DNA of 64,000 nucleotides from Gracilinanus agilis (taxonomy: Eukaryota): NCBI RefSeq assembly GCF_016433145.1, contig NC_058131.1, positions 151,276,016 to 151,340,015 on the forward strand, given 5' to 3'. The position numbers were made by a program, and so were the translations under genes. Each line of letters begins with the position of its first letter. Position 1 is the first letter of the stretch. Under the pieces are notes generated by a model. That model saw only the letters and a list, made by a program, of their open reading frames with translations. It made no database searches and was not told the DNA's origin. Below, piece by piece: positions 22,037 through 35,408 of this stretch.

Positions 22037-23426
22037 TCCAGTTGTAGAAATTAGCATATGATCGTAGATATCCAAGTAGGGGATTCAGGTGGAACCAAAC
22101 ATCTTTGGCGTGTCCAGCAAGGTACACAAATTCTAATACTTTCTGTTAGTCTCTGCTCACTATCACAACCAATGGACAATGTGACCTTACTAAATAAGGT
22201 TTCAAGATTAATTCAAGAAACCATAGCTGAGATCCAACACAATTCCTATGAACCTAATTTCAACTTACTAAGAAAGGAAAATCCTTCAGTTTTAGAGAAA
22301 GAAAAAAAATTCCCCTGAATATATGGGAAAGATGGCTGTATCCCCCCAATTTTTTTTTGTAAGTAAAATTATGAAACTACATATTCACAATATTTTTCTT
22401 CAGTTGTTAAGCAGAATTACAGGAATACTGGATCTTCTATGGGGCAAAAGTGAATACAATAGCTGTTGGCACTGCTGAATTTTATTTGACAATCCAAAAA
22501 GAACTGAAACAAAAAGTTGTGTAGAAGGTTGATTTTTTGCCATGAAAAAATAGTGGGGTTCACAAAACAATCCCCTAAACCATCTGACCTCCCTCTCTCC
22601 CATTTGTGGATACACAATGCAAACTCCTTTGGGCCTTTTTTCCTTGAAATCAATTAAAAATAAACAAAAACCTCTTTAGATTCACTCTGTGTTTTCCCAG
22701 TCCTGACCAATGGCAATTTCAAGATGTAAAAAAGTAATCAGGAGTAGGATCACAGCTAAAGAAAGAACTGTACCTGCCATGGATGAGGCACTGATGACCA
22801 GGGCATAGAATACATTTTAAAATCTACTTGTCAAAAGAAGGAAAACAGCACTCAGGGGCTGAGGGATGGCTTGAGGCATTAAATATATTGGAAGATTTTA
22901 GAACACATTTGTATCTATAAGATTCTAAATTGGCTATAAAAACTGGAAGATCCCCAGAAGATAAGAGTGCTCAAAGGTAGCTGGAAGTTAGACCCGTTGG
23001 ATGGTCTGCCACAGATGCAAGTAAATTTAAGGAGGGGGTCAAGTATTTACAAGGAAGAAGCATGTTGGTGTAAGTTAATAACCTACACTTTTTAACCAGC
23101 TCCATTTTATTATGCCAATTTTGGTATAAAGATAGTACAGAATAAAGAGGATAGGACAACAGGAGAGACATACTTCTCCCTGCTAAAGAGAAAAAAAACA
23201 AAACTGTACAATAATCCCTCCCCCCCCCCCAAAAAAATAAACTAAGGCAGCTTACAAATTAGCCGGCTCAGTTTCCACTGCAGGATATATACATCATCCT
23301 CTTTTAAGACTAAGCAATAGGTTCTTAAAATTTAGTACAAAAATCATTCATGAGTTTGTCAAAAAGTTTCCATTTCCTTTTTGAAAACTTGTTCCTTCTT
23401 ATTAAAGAAGTTGAAAAACACGCCAA

Positions 23427-23507
23427 TGTAAACACCACTCTTGCATAAAATCCTGCTTCAAAGAACGGTGATTGATACATTTTTTTTAAAAAATCCATTT
23501 ACATTCA
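23427..23507 (-). promoter_or_regulatory. Proximal 3'UTR miR-30 and miR-181 8mer seed sites
   Basis: + strand TGTAAACA (23427-34) and TACATTCA (23500-07). Confidence 0.55.
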
Positions 23508-23729
23508 CAAGAACTCCCCTTTATAAAATCTGTCATGTGATGAACACAATCCACTTTCAAGTTCACATACAGGTGTCCTCAAAATTGTGGAGTTCCACTG
23601 TCCCTATGTCCTTTAGGGAAAGAACCTGTTGATTGCATAGTAATTATAATGAAGATGCAAGTGGTATTTTTACTTGATGATTTGTAGCAAGTAAAAAAAT
23701 CTGTGCACTCCTTGCTTCTCAAATAATTG

Positions 23730-23831
23730 TCACTGCATTCTCCAAACAAGGCGGATGATGTAACGTAACAGGCGTAAAATAACCATTTGGTGATGGTCAC
23801 CCGCTCCTTGATAGTTATTATCCAAAAATCC
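23730..23831 (-). CDS. BCL2L11: BCL2L11/BIM last coding exon (C-terminal membrane-targeting segment and stop)
   Basis: Acceptor ttgttgcAG (AG at 23833-23832). The phase-0 frame reads [33 protein letters not shown], homologous to human [35 protein letters not shown] at 23732-23730. In phase with the BH3 exon. Confidence 0.97.
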   Translation of the reverse strand, partial: GFLDNNYQGAGDHHQMVILRLLRYIIRLVWRMQ

Positions 23832-25884
23832 CTGCAACAAAGGGAGAGACAAATCATTTAGTATTGTACTTTTTTTTTGATAGAGAATGATTTAATCATC
23901 CCCCTCCCTCCATTTTAAACAGTTGTGAAAGAGTTAACTTTTGAAGAACTACTATCATATCAAAGTGAAGGCACTAACATTTTTTTCCCAGCAATCATTT
24001 CTACTTTTTGTTTCTTACAAGATTCCCCCTCATTATAAAGTAATTATTATAGAATGAGGAGCATAATGCATTTATCTGCAAGACAAATGTAAAATAAAGT
24101 TCAAAAAACCCACTAGAGCCCATATTTTTTTGCATGGGGCACATGTTGCCATCATGTTCTATCTCTTTTATGTCAGTTCAGATGATAGTCACAAGGCTCA
24201 GAAACTTAATAATACAGGGAAAAAGTTTAGCTCGTGGAAAACAGAAATTTCTCTCAATTTACATGGGGCATACACTTCATTGCACTGGGACTCCAGTCTT
24301 TCTATACTGTTCCATTAAGTTCTTTGGGGAGTCCCAAGCTCTAGCATAAAAAACCCTGATAAAATTCTTCAATGAGGTATATAACAGATTAAAAGGAAAG
24401 GGGATAGAAGACAGTAGGAGACAAGAAGAAAAAATAATTTATGGTGTGTTCTGAGTATAACTATCATTGTCAAAATTATTGACTAAGAAAAAAAAGTTTC
24501 AGATTCCCCTAAGGGTGAATTCTGGTAGCTATAATTTATTTAAGAAACCAGTGATTTGGTGTAATTTGCCCTAAGAAGCTAAATAAAGCTACAGACAATC
24601 TGTGCCAGAACTAATGAACTAGTGAACCTCTAATTGCTCTCAAGTGACTCCACCTGTATAAACACTGTTTGGTCAAGATTGGTGCACAATACGAACAGAA
24701 AAGAAACATAAAGCTACTTCATTCTTTCCCACCCTAAGGGAAAAATGTCTCCAAAAAAGGGCTCTTTTCATTTTTTCTCCTAGTGATCATCATTTATTTT
24801 GACCTGAGAAACTCCGGAAGCATTCAACAACCTGTTAGAAATGTAGGGAAACATGCAAAACTATTTTAAGGTTTCCAGAGGCAAATTTTGGTATTCCAAA
24901 GGTACCTTCTCCCCTGGGTTATTTCTACTCTGTAAAATAATTACAACGTGTTCTAGACATGTGTCTTCATATGTACAAATGCAATCTAAGGTTTCATTAT
25001 TAAAAGTATAAAATTTACACTGGTCATTTCCTTAATGGGTAACCCAAAGATGACAACTAGAATACTATACAAAGATAATAAATACTCTTTTTACTGCACC
25101 CAAAGGAAGAACATTCTCATTTAGACTCTGGGAAAGGCTTTTTTAGATGGATCCAATTCTCAGCCACAGGTCTCAGCCTAGTCTTCCATTAGATAGAGTA
25201 ACTATTCTTAGAGGGTAGTGTAGTGAGCACCTTTCAGATTTAAAACAATGCAAATCTACACCAGCTGCAACTGGATTTTCTTTCTCCAAACTGTTTACAT
25301 GAGCTCTCAAGTTCTAGTTTGACATAATGGGATTGTGATAAGGCCTGGGCATTTCCCTTTGGCCTCTCCCTAACAAGATGGGAGGAAATCACTTTATGTA
25401 TGCAATTCCTGTAGAGGCACTCTGTAACCACAGTCTATGATTTTTATCTTTCTGCACACAAGATTGCTTTGTTTTGATTTAACTTTCAAAATTACATTGC
25501 TTTTAGTATGTGAAAGTAATTTGATGGTGGGTTAATTTTAAGTTGAAATGAATATTAATAAGCTGAGAGACACTTAGTCAAAGTAAAACTAAGATTTACT
25601 ATAAACTAAGTTTGAACTCACAGATAATCTCAAAACACTCATTTGAAGATAGGAAATGTGTGAGTTAAGTGAGTTATTATGCCAAGCTGTCCACTGTAGC
25701 TCTGCGAAAAATTAAATGTATTTGATACATTAGCTAAGAATTTAATTCTGCTACTAGGCTGCTGCTTGGTTTCTTTAGTCAGGAACTGTCAATCAGCAAA
25801 ATATCGCACCTGTCTCCAAAACAAGTGGCTCACTATTAGAAATTAAAATACCGATCACTCATATTTAGATCATGGTTTCCAGTG

Positions 25885-26107
25885 TGTTCAAAGTGCTTTC
25901 ATCGGTTATCTCATTAGATCTCCACAACAATGAGATGGAGGGTATACAGATATGATATCTCAATTTTACCTGTAGAGTAAACTGAGAGTCAGGAGAGACT
26001 AAATGACTTGCCTGAGGTTATACAGCTAGCAAAAGTAGCAGAGCTGGGGTTCAAAGCTGACTTCCAACTCCAATCCCAAAGCTCTTGAAACAATGCCACA
26101 CTGCCTA
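25885..26107 (-). mobile_element. MIR/CORE-SINE
   Basis: aaagtgctttc...atctcattagatc...aaactgagagtc...aaatgacttgcc...atgccacactgcct. Confidence 0.8.
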
Positions 26108-28139
26108 GATTTAACAAAAATACTGTTACTAAAAGAAGACTTCATTTCCCCAATAATTAATGTTCAAAAGGAGTAAAAGAGTTTTGCTTATGCTTAAAGA
26201 ATAGTGGGAATAGAATTCTGGCTGAGGCCAGTGATGACTTTTTTTTTTTTTAAATCTATTTTAAAGAGAATTTCCTCTAAGTCTTAGAACAGTTTCTGAT
26301 CTCCATTTAAAGTGTTCCTGGGCAATAAATGTGCTCGTAAAAATAAGTGTATGCTGTTTCCGAATAGTTCCCAAATCATCACAGATGCCATGTTGACTTT
26401 TAGGAACAAAAGATAGTAAATTTATATACATGAATTTGATGAAAGTGAGTATAAACAGGATCCAAAAGCATTACAAGGGAAGGAATATTATTTAATCAGG
26501 AAGAGAATGCCAATACTTTCAAAAAAAACTATTCAGGCAATTTAAAACCCTGTAAGCTGGTGCAATATATAATTACTTTTGGACATGGTTCAACTTAGGA
26601 AATAACTACCCTCAAATCAAACTCTAGAAGCTCAGAAAATCCTTGAAGGATAGCTAGCACAACTGATTAAATTTACTAACTGCTTAACGTTCAAGATTCT
26701 TACTTAAAACATAAAATTGAATGGCAAGTATTATACCACTTAGGCATGTCTGTATAGCTTTTGGGGGAATGCTGGTGGGAGGGGGAAGGAGGGAGACCAC
26801 ACCTGTTATTTCATCACTCTAGGAAACTCTTGGGTATAGAAATTCCTTCCCCCATTGCAGACAGGCAACTCATCTCTAATTTGCAATCTTCAAGAGCTGC
26901 TTTACAAATAATGAGAGGGTGTCTTGTTCATAGAAACACTGGTTCATGATGAAAAGCAGGACTTGTACTCAAGTCTTCCTGGCTCCATGGCCAGGGCTCT
27001 ATCCTCTATGCCAGGCTCTCTCTCATACAAATTTAATAGCTTTTAAATTTACCATACCCAGGCCAACTATAGTTCCTATACTTCAACACTGACAATTCAG
27101 ATGTGGGGACATGGGTACACCTAAGTACGGCAAACAAAAACATTAATAAGGTCCTAAGAAATGTCATTCTTGTCATTAACAGGAACTGAAATTTCTGTTC
27201 AACCTAAAGGATTACATAACTAATATCTTCTACTTTAATCATTGTCAAAAGAAAAAGTTATATTTGCTTTTTTGTTTCCTAAGACTATTAATTTTTTCCT
27301 GGGAATTTTCTTTCTTTCTTTGATATACTAAAATAAGTTACATAAACAAATCTATAAGCCAAGGTGTAATCTTCTCCTGAGAAATGGGGACAAGAAAAGA
27401 GAGTATAAATACATTTTTATGAGAAAAAAAGATAAATATGTAATCTGGTGGGTACTTGGAAGAGTTTCATATCCACAAGCAGTTTTAGGACTCTCACTCT
27501 ACCCCCAAAAGAAAAATAAATTAGGATAAAACAAAGCAAAAGGCAAATAAAAGTAGGAATGAGCAAAAATACCGAGTTATCAGATAGTCACTATCACCTG
27601 ATATATGACTGAAGTGGCACTAAAATTATTAGAATTTTACAGGTGGATCAAGGTATTTTCACCTTAAGATCGTTTTAGCCCTCCATCCTTTAAATTTAAA
27701 AAAAAAAGAGAGAGAACACCTATTCCATTGAACTTTGCTAGCTTTCTCCTTTAGTCCAAATTAGTGGTTTTCTAGACTAGTAGAAGAAAAATTATATTCA
27801 ATGATTTTTCGTGAGTGAATAAGCAACATTAATAATACAATATAGCCAATCAGAAAGGCACCCTAATCCTCCCTTCCAGACCAGACTCAAGAACCATCAT
27901 CCATGGAAGCAATCCCTGTGGAACTGAGGCTGGGCAACTGTTTTTCAGAGTACGGCAGCTCCTGCTTCCTCAGTTCCCAACTGCTACTGAAGACTGAATT
28001 CTTACACTAAGTCTTTGGGGCACCATCAGATGATTTAACAACATCAGAAAGGGATATGGTTATCAGGAGAAATAACAGTAAATATGAATTACCATCTGCT
28101 TCGCTGTTGCCCCATAAGGACAATGGGATCTTTTCCATT

Positions 28140-28290
28140 CAACTTGCAAATGAAACCTAGGTATTGCTGCTCTCAGTAAAATGTGAGCTTCTTCAGAGCA
28201 AGGGCTGTCTTGCTTTCTTATTATATCCCTAGAACTCAGCATAGTATACCTACTAAGCATTTAATAAGTTGCTGGTTCATTCATTCCTCC
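28140..28290 (+). mobile_element. L2 3' end
   Basis: aaaatgtgagcttcttcagagcaaggg...taataagttgctggttcattcattc. Confidence 0.75.
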
Positions 28291-28569
28291 TGCTTCCTCA
28301 TCTATTTAATGCCAATAATGCTTATTTGCTCCCAATATTCCCCTTATAGTATAGATATCTTTTTGATATCTCTCTCCCCAAATAGTTCTCTTCCCAACTT
28401 CTTTGTAATAAATCTAGGGCTAAGGGAATGCCTTGAATTTAGAAGGACCTCAAATATTTCTGAATTATCTGATCTAGTGGTAACAAACTATTCTCTGGGG
28501 TGCCCTTCAATTATTTAGAAGAGTAATACTAGCCAGCCTTATTGAAGGGAACTCCACGGGAGCTTAATG

Positions 28570-28770
28570 ATTACAGAATAAGAGCTGACAGAGACCCTTA
28601 AAGGCCATTTAGGGACAATCCCCTCATTTTAAAAAGGAGGAACTGAGGCTTCAGAAAGATGAAGTGACTTGACAAGTTGACAGAAGTAATAAATAGCAGA
28701 GTTAAAATTCAAACCCAAATCATCTGTCCAAATCCAGTATTTTCTCACTGTAATTTTGTTGCCTCCCTAA
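28570..28770 (-). mobile_element. MIR fragment
   Basis: Reverse-strand MIR core (gaactgaggc...aagtgacttg). Confidence 0.7.
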
Positions 28771-30632
28771 GAGGCTAATAAAGTCATGCCCACTTCAGAT
28801 CAACGTGCTTTTTAATCTCAGTAATTCAGGAACTTTTTCCATAATTAAAGTCAGCTATGGGCTGAGGTTGATCTGAGCTGATATTATTGCCAAGTGGAGA
28901 AAAGACCAAGAGGTTAAATCACTACTCCCAAGTTAAAAGTTTTACATATTATTCTAATGAAATAATCTGTCTACTGAAATTGTTTTACTGTGGGAGCTAA
29001 CTCCCCTAAGAAGCTTTTAGAGCAATACTTTATAACAAATAGTGGGTGATAGCTTGATTGTCTAACAACAATTAAAGCTGGCACTGTTTCAGCTTACTGG
29101 AGCAGGTAGGTTCTTGATCAAAATGGCTCAAAGAAAAGCATGAAAATCCAAATTCTAAATGCCACCAAGTTTCTATTTTGTGTCTTTGAAGAAGTAAAGC
29201 ATTACTTTCTGAAAAGGATTTACAAAGTGGGGAATGCCTTAAGGGATCTGTTGCTTAAAAATTAGAAATGCATCTCTTTATAAACTCACAGGTGACTTCC
29301 CACTCCCTCTACCCCTCCTTAACCACCATTCTGTTGTGTAATGAAACTCCTCAGAAAAGGGTTAATTGGCTTCTGTTATATTTACTTGGAACTTGTACCT
29401 GGAAGGCAGCCATCAATAAATAGTAGTGGTAAGAAAGATTTGTTGGGTGTAAAGCAGGAACATGGAAATCATAAATAAGAGGTCTGAAGGAGAGTTGCAA
29501 CTGTTCTGCTATATAACTGCTCCTTAATCACTACCAATATGATACCAATATTAAAATCTTACTAGTATTATAATTGTTCCAGAAAATCTACCACAGTAGG
29601 CACTGCTAAAAAATCAATAATTAGCTCAGGACATTTTTAGGCAAAGTTAATTCTAACATTCCCCATTCCAAATTTCATTTAAAGTTTAGTTTAGTTTTGT
29701 TACTGACATGAGGCCAGTCAATCAAGTACCAGGAATTTAACTACACTTTTATGCCCAAAAAACCAAATCAAAACAATGTTCTAAAGCTCAATAAAGGGAA
29801 GTAGGTGCTTAGGCAACAAACAGGCTTTGACACACCAAGCTCTGCTCTTTACAAACCAGTTATGATAACAATGAGGAGTCACAACTATGGATTTTGCAAT
29901 TTCATATAAATATAAATGCTTTCATATAAATAAACTTTTCTCTCAAAGCAATCACAGAACCAAGTACACATATAATTCTGAACAAATGCTTACAAAAACT
30001 AGATTAATATGACATGGTAGAAACTAAAGGGACAGAAATTTTAGATTCTCAAAGGAACTTGTTTTCATGATAAAATTAGGATAGTAATCAAACTCATATG
30101 GGTCAAGATTAAATATCATCAAGTGAATTAAAAGATCTAGAGCTCTAATCCTGTGATCTTTTGAGACTCAGTTTCTCCATAGGCCTCCAAAAAATAAGAA
30201 ACCTCCTAAGGAAACTCATTACATTTTGCACATCTAATTTTTAGCAAAAATTTCTTTACAATAAGTCTAAATCCATATCCCTGCAACATCTAACCCATTA
30301 TTCCTAGTTCTGCTTTCTGGAGCCAACCTAGAAGAGTCTAATACTTGATAATCCTCAAAATAGTTAAAAGACAGCTTTTATTCACTCCTACCTGTCTTTT
30401 CTGCCATTAGCTAAATATTTATATGACATGACTTCAAGGTCCTTCCCCATCCAGAATGGTCACTTCCTTTGCATGCTGTGCAATTCATCAACATGCTTCC
30501 TAAACTAACAGATGTTGTAAAATTCAGGTAGAATGCAAAACCCCATCATCTTCCTAGTCCTGTATATCATGGTTCCTTTAATACAGCCTAAGAACATATC
30601 AGATTGATTAGATTTGGCCTGATGTTCTGGGG

Positions 30633-30833
30633 CAGTGATGGGCAAACTACAGCCCGCGGGCCAGATGTGGCCCCCTGAAATGTTTTATCTGGCTGCCTGA
30701 CATTATTCTTAATCTGACAAATACAATGAATAGGATACAATACAATGAAACTTCGAAAGAGTTGCCTTAGAAACAGACTGACATGAACATTTCCTTTCCT
30801 TTGGCCCCTCTTTAAAAAGTTTGCCCATCACTG
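30633..30833 (+). mobile_element. hAT MITE, 201 bp, perfect 16-bp TIRs
   Basis: CAGTGATGGGCAAACT / AGTTTGCCCATCACTG, with 8-bp TSD ttctgggg/ttctaggg. Confidence 0.93.
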
Positions 30834-31154
30834 TTCTAGGGAGTTGAGAACTTTTTGAATCTTGATTTTGTCAATTTGACATGTTAAGATACTCCTTCAA
30901 CTTTTATGTAAATAGTAAACTTGATAAACATACCCTCTATGTTTCTACCCAAGTCAATGATAAAATTGTTTAACAGGATCATGAAATGTTTTGGAAAAGC
31001 CAGATTGGTTCTGTAATCTCTGCTCTTTTTGATACCTTTAAAATTATGTTCTAGAAATTTGACAAAATTTGAAGTCAAAACTCTTTAGTCTCCCTTTTTC
31101 ACTGTTTTGCACTCTCCAGACTTTCAAAAACAGTCAACAATGAGGTAGCAATGA

Positions 31155-31356
31155 TTTTTTATTAAAACCTTTACCTTCTCTCTTGGAATCAATACTAAGT
31201 ATTGATTCTAAGGCAAAGAGCAGCAAGAATTTAGCAAGTGGGATTAAATGACTTGTCCAGCATCACACAACTAGGAAGTTTCTGTGGCCAAACTCGAACC
31301 AAGGTCCTTCTCATTCCAGGCCTGGTACTTTATTCATTGTGCTACCTAGCTGCCCC
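31155..31356 (-). mobile_element. SINE1_Mdo-like SINE
   Basis: Reverse-strand tail, core and head ending agctgcccc. Confidence 0.85.
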
Positions 31357-33339
31357 TATCAGTTCTTCCAGCACCTTAGAAACCAGCTAAATATCTTCTG
31401 GCCAGTCAACTTATCCTTTTGTGATTTGGCCCAACCTTCTTAGCATCCTCATCACCTTCTTTTGGATATACTCCAGCTCATCTATGTGCTTCCAAAAACA
31501 CCCAGCTCGAGCAAAATACAGGAATTGTCATCTCCTTTGCTCTGTAAATGACATCTTGCACTGTAATTTAGAATAGCATTAGGCTTTTGGGGAGGGGGGG
31601 GAAGCGAGGAATCATGTACTCTCTTTGGTTCCTCCTATTTCCTCTTTCTCCAGCTTTAGTAAGGATACCCAGGGATAATTTGAAAGATCCCTTAAAACTT
31701 AAATTCTTCTGATAAGTTTGACTACACATAACAAAGTTACGGCAGATCAGTTCTAACTCACCTCTATAGAATAAATGCTCTTCACAAGATGGGATGAACT
31801 TTGATAATATTACCTATTTGATAATATTATTCTTTAAAAGAATCAGCAATGATTCCCTGTGAGTTGAGTAGTTTTAAAAAATAAATGATTAAATATTTGT
31901 ATGTAGAGAACTATACCAGGCCATGAATGAGAAAAATTCTAGTTTTCTAGTTAAAACACAGTTCTTACCCTTATATAACTTACTCTATTATGTGATAAGG
32001 TAAAAAGCCAGATAATGATACTTTAGTAATGTCTGATTTTTATCAGTATTGAGTCAGAGCGTCCTTGGAACATATACAGCAACAGTCCTGTAGATCCTTA
32101 GAGCATCTATGATTGTATTAGTTGTTCCTCATAACCCACACTTCTCCTACCTCCAAGGTCATTGCCTTCCTGTCAAGGCTAAGTACATTAGGATGCCTTT
32201 CTTGATTTCTCCTAGTTATTAATGCTTTTTGTCTCCTACAATTATTCTATTCATACTTTAATATTTACTGATTTGTATGTCTCTCCTAGTAGATTGTAGA
32301 CTCTGTAAGGGCAAAGTCCTTTATTCTGTAACTCCAATGCTAGAACAGTACTTTGCACATTATAAGTGCTCAATAAATGTTTGCTGAGCTAATTAAATTA
32401 GCCTGAGATGTAGTCTATCTAGGTCAGGTGACTTTAAAAAAATCAAGTACAGAAAGGAAGGAAGAATAAGAGGCCAAGTAGGAAGTTAAGAGAACCACTT
32501 TTGTTCTGTGTGCTTTCCAATCCATTTACCCTAGAGCAGGTACTAGACTTGTGATTTTGTGGGAATTGGAAACTCCCTCTACCAAAGCAAAGTTGGTACT
32601 TAATCCACAACTTTTAATATCAAAGAATTGCCTAGAGTACTGAAATGTTAAGTGACCAGCCCTGGCTCACACAGCCAATGAAATGCCAAAGGTTCAAGTC
32701 TCCAGCTTGTCCTGGCTCTGAATCCAGCTATCCAAAACACTGTAATACTCATCTGTTCTCCTTGACAGAGAAAACAGAAGCAAAATAAAATGGGGTGAGG
32801 GATATACCTTTTGTCATCTGTTATCAATGGTCCTTCCATACCTACTTACAGTTTTATATGCTTTCTTTGAACCTCCTTTCCCAGCAATATAGTTTAAAAA
32901 TTAATTCTTTGTTGTGGTCTTAGGCATGCGTTCCAAGTAAGCTCTGGCATTTTTGTAGTTCTGTCATGACTTTCTATTCCTGTTATCTGCTCTTACTTCT
33001 ATCTTTTATATGAATCTTGAAAATCTAAATTAAACATTGGGCTTTTTTAGACAATTTCCCCTCTTCCTCATCAGAATTGTCTCCAGAATCTCATTCTTCC
33101 CATAACTCTGGAGTAACTTCTCTGTAGAATTTTAAGTTGACCTTTCCTATCTTTTTTCTAAGCTCTTTGAAATTGTTACCAAAGTCTACAGTGCATTTCA
33201 AGCACATTTCATCTTTCTTTTGCTTCTCTACCACAAAATCTAAAATGTAATAATAGTTTTTAAAGATTCTTATTCCTACTCCAGAAACATAACTCTTTCT
33301 TGGTGAGGAAAGTCACATCCCTTATAGGTTCTTCTTTCT

Positions 33340-34840
33340 GAGGGAATGTATAGTAACCTCCTAATTGGTCTTCCTCATTCCAATCTTTCTCCTTTCTAAT
33401 CCATTCTCTGGAAACATAGCTGCCAAAATCATCTTCCTAAAAGTATAGGTCTGACTCCTATATCCTTGCTCAAAAATGTTCCCTGATGAATCCTTCCTTT
33501 GACACTAAAATTAAATGACACAATAGCAGACTCAATAATTTAGCTCTAAGCCTATTTGCCAGACCTACTTCATATGCTCTTTCATTGAACACAATTAAGC
33601 CTGTTTAGTAAAACTGTTCTTTTCTGACATCAATAGTCTTTCTCTTGCCTCTCTGCCTTTCCACAGGTTATGGCCAGTGCATAAAATGTCCCCAAGCCAT
33701 TTTCTTCAAGGCTTAACCCTCAACCCCACATCCACTCTCCCAACATGCCTTTGATGTCCAGGTCAGTCAGATCAAGGTCTCCATAGAAGGATTTCTCCCA
33801 TTACCCTGGAAAGGGATGACTTTTGGCCTCATCTGAGTGATTTCTATCCCATCTAGGGACTTTAGCAATTACAGGAACACAATATATGTGGGCTCAATGG
33901 ATCATGCAGTTAAGTCAAAAAATCATTAGCAATCAATGGGCATTAAGTGTCTAGTATGGGCTAGACAGCTGCTAAGGTCAGCAAATGCAAAAAGAGATGG
34001 TGCCCAGTCCCTGCCCTCAAGAGGTTTTAGTATCAATCTATCAATTTGTACTTGTATTAGCATATGAAAATGTTAACACAAAAGATATGTTAGAAAAGTC
34101 CTCACACAGAAGATGGTACTGAAGCAGAGCTGGGAAGAAAGGAGGGGCTTCTGAGAGTATGTTGATTGAGGAAGGTATTCCAGACCCTGGGTGGGTGGGG
34201 AATCAATGAAAAGGGTATGGTGGACCTGGAATCAGCAAAAACCTAAGTTCAAAACCAGTGATAGACACTGATTAGCTATATGACCCTGAGAAAGTCACTT
34301 AACATCTATCTGCCTGTTTTCTCATCTGTAAAATGGGGGTGATGCTAGCACCTCCTCAGAGGATTACAGAAGAATCAGATTATTTGTAAAGCAGTAGGCA
34401 CTCTATAAATGCGTGTTACCTGCCCTGCATATTCCCAAAGTCATGGAGGCAGGAAATTAGTGCAGTGTCTGATGCACAGAAGGAAGGTCAGTTTGATTGA
34501 TCAGAGCATATGAAAGGGAGTAATGTGCTGAAATAAAGTTGTAAAGGGTTTTAAATGCCAAAGTATATTTGTATATATTTGACCTTGGGTGTAATGGAAC
34601 CAGCCACTAGTTTCTTAAGCAGGTGTAACAGCCCAGGCTTATGCTTTAAGAAAATCAGTTTGGCAGCTACTGGAAGGACAGATAAGTGAGGCATGGAGAC
34701 TGCTGAAGAGGCTATTGCAGTCATTTGAGGAAAGATGGGGAGAGCCAGAACCATGTTAGTGATTCTATGGGCAGAGGCTGGATGCGAGACGTGTTATGGA
34801 GGTAGAAAGGGCAAGATTTGGCAGCTGAGGATGTATGAGT
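33340..34840. mobile_element. Cluster of L2 fragments (both orientations) with a MIR at ~34205-34410
   Basis: L2 motifs (cctaattggtcttcc...gctgccaaaatcatcttcctaaa) and MIR core (gtcacttaac...ctcatctgtaaaatggg). Confidence 0.7.
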
Positions 34841-35408
34841 CACTTAAGTGCCCTACCAGTATAACATAGTGCCTCCATGCTAGGCTTATGCTGTTTTCCA
34901 AACTGATCTATCTATTATTTCAGTTCAAGTGATCTAAAGGATATTTAGAGAGCAATATATTCTCTCCCTCTCATCATTTGATAGAGCTATATAAATAAAT
35001 ATTTACCATATTGCCTAGTATATTCGAATACTGGGTCAATTTCCCCAAAGTGCTAACTCCCACAACAGACTGAGATCCAATCTGGGAGCCTGAACTCAAG
35101 AACAACACTCTAAGAAAGTTTTAATAGGAACGATTTTCTAAGTTAATAGGTTTTGGCAGGAAGAGGGATGTAGAAGAGGGATCTGAGAAACAAAGCAGTG
35201 ATACACATTTTTAATATTTATTCTTATAACTTATGGCTTTCCATAGGAGAGGACTACTATTACCTATGTACCAATGCCTTTTACACTATGTATAAGACAC
35301 TTCAACATAATCTATTCTCTGTTCCTTCTCCAACCCCTCCTCACTCCACCCCATGCTCTAGATAGGTGACCATAAATTTGTCACAGGCTGAATTATTTTA
35401 TTTTAAAA

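Larger units (their letters stand above)
19755..23729 (-). other. BCL2L11: BCL2L11 3'UTR (~4 kb)
   Basis: Repeat-free stretch following the stop codon. Its length matches the long mammalian BIM 3'UTR, it is rich in seed matches for miRNA families known to target BIM, and it ends at a canonical poly(A) signal. The exact cleavage site is estimated. Confidence 0.85.
30230..31570 (-). mobile_element. L3/CR1 LINE remnant with nested MITE and SINE
   Basis: The minus-strand reading at 30884-31078 contains LLNNFIIDLGRNIEGMFIKF, the CR1 RT segment (LFNIFINDL...KFADD). The CR1 3' region lies to the left. Confidence 0.75.

Noticed and set aside
23579-23857. 92-aa minus-strand ORF over the last BIM exon
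   Set aside because: Wrong frame. The BIM-homologous frame starts at 23831 after the AG and stops at 23730.
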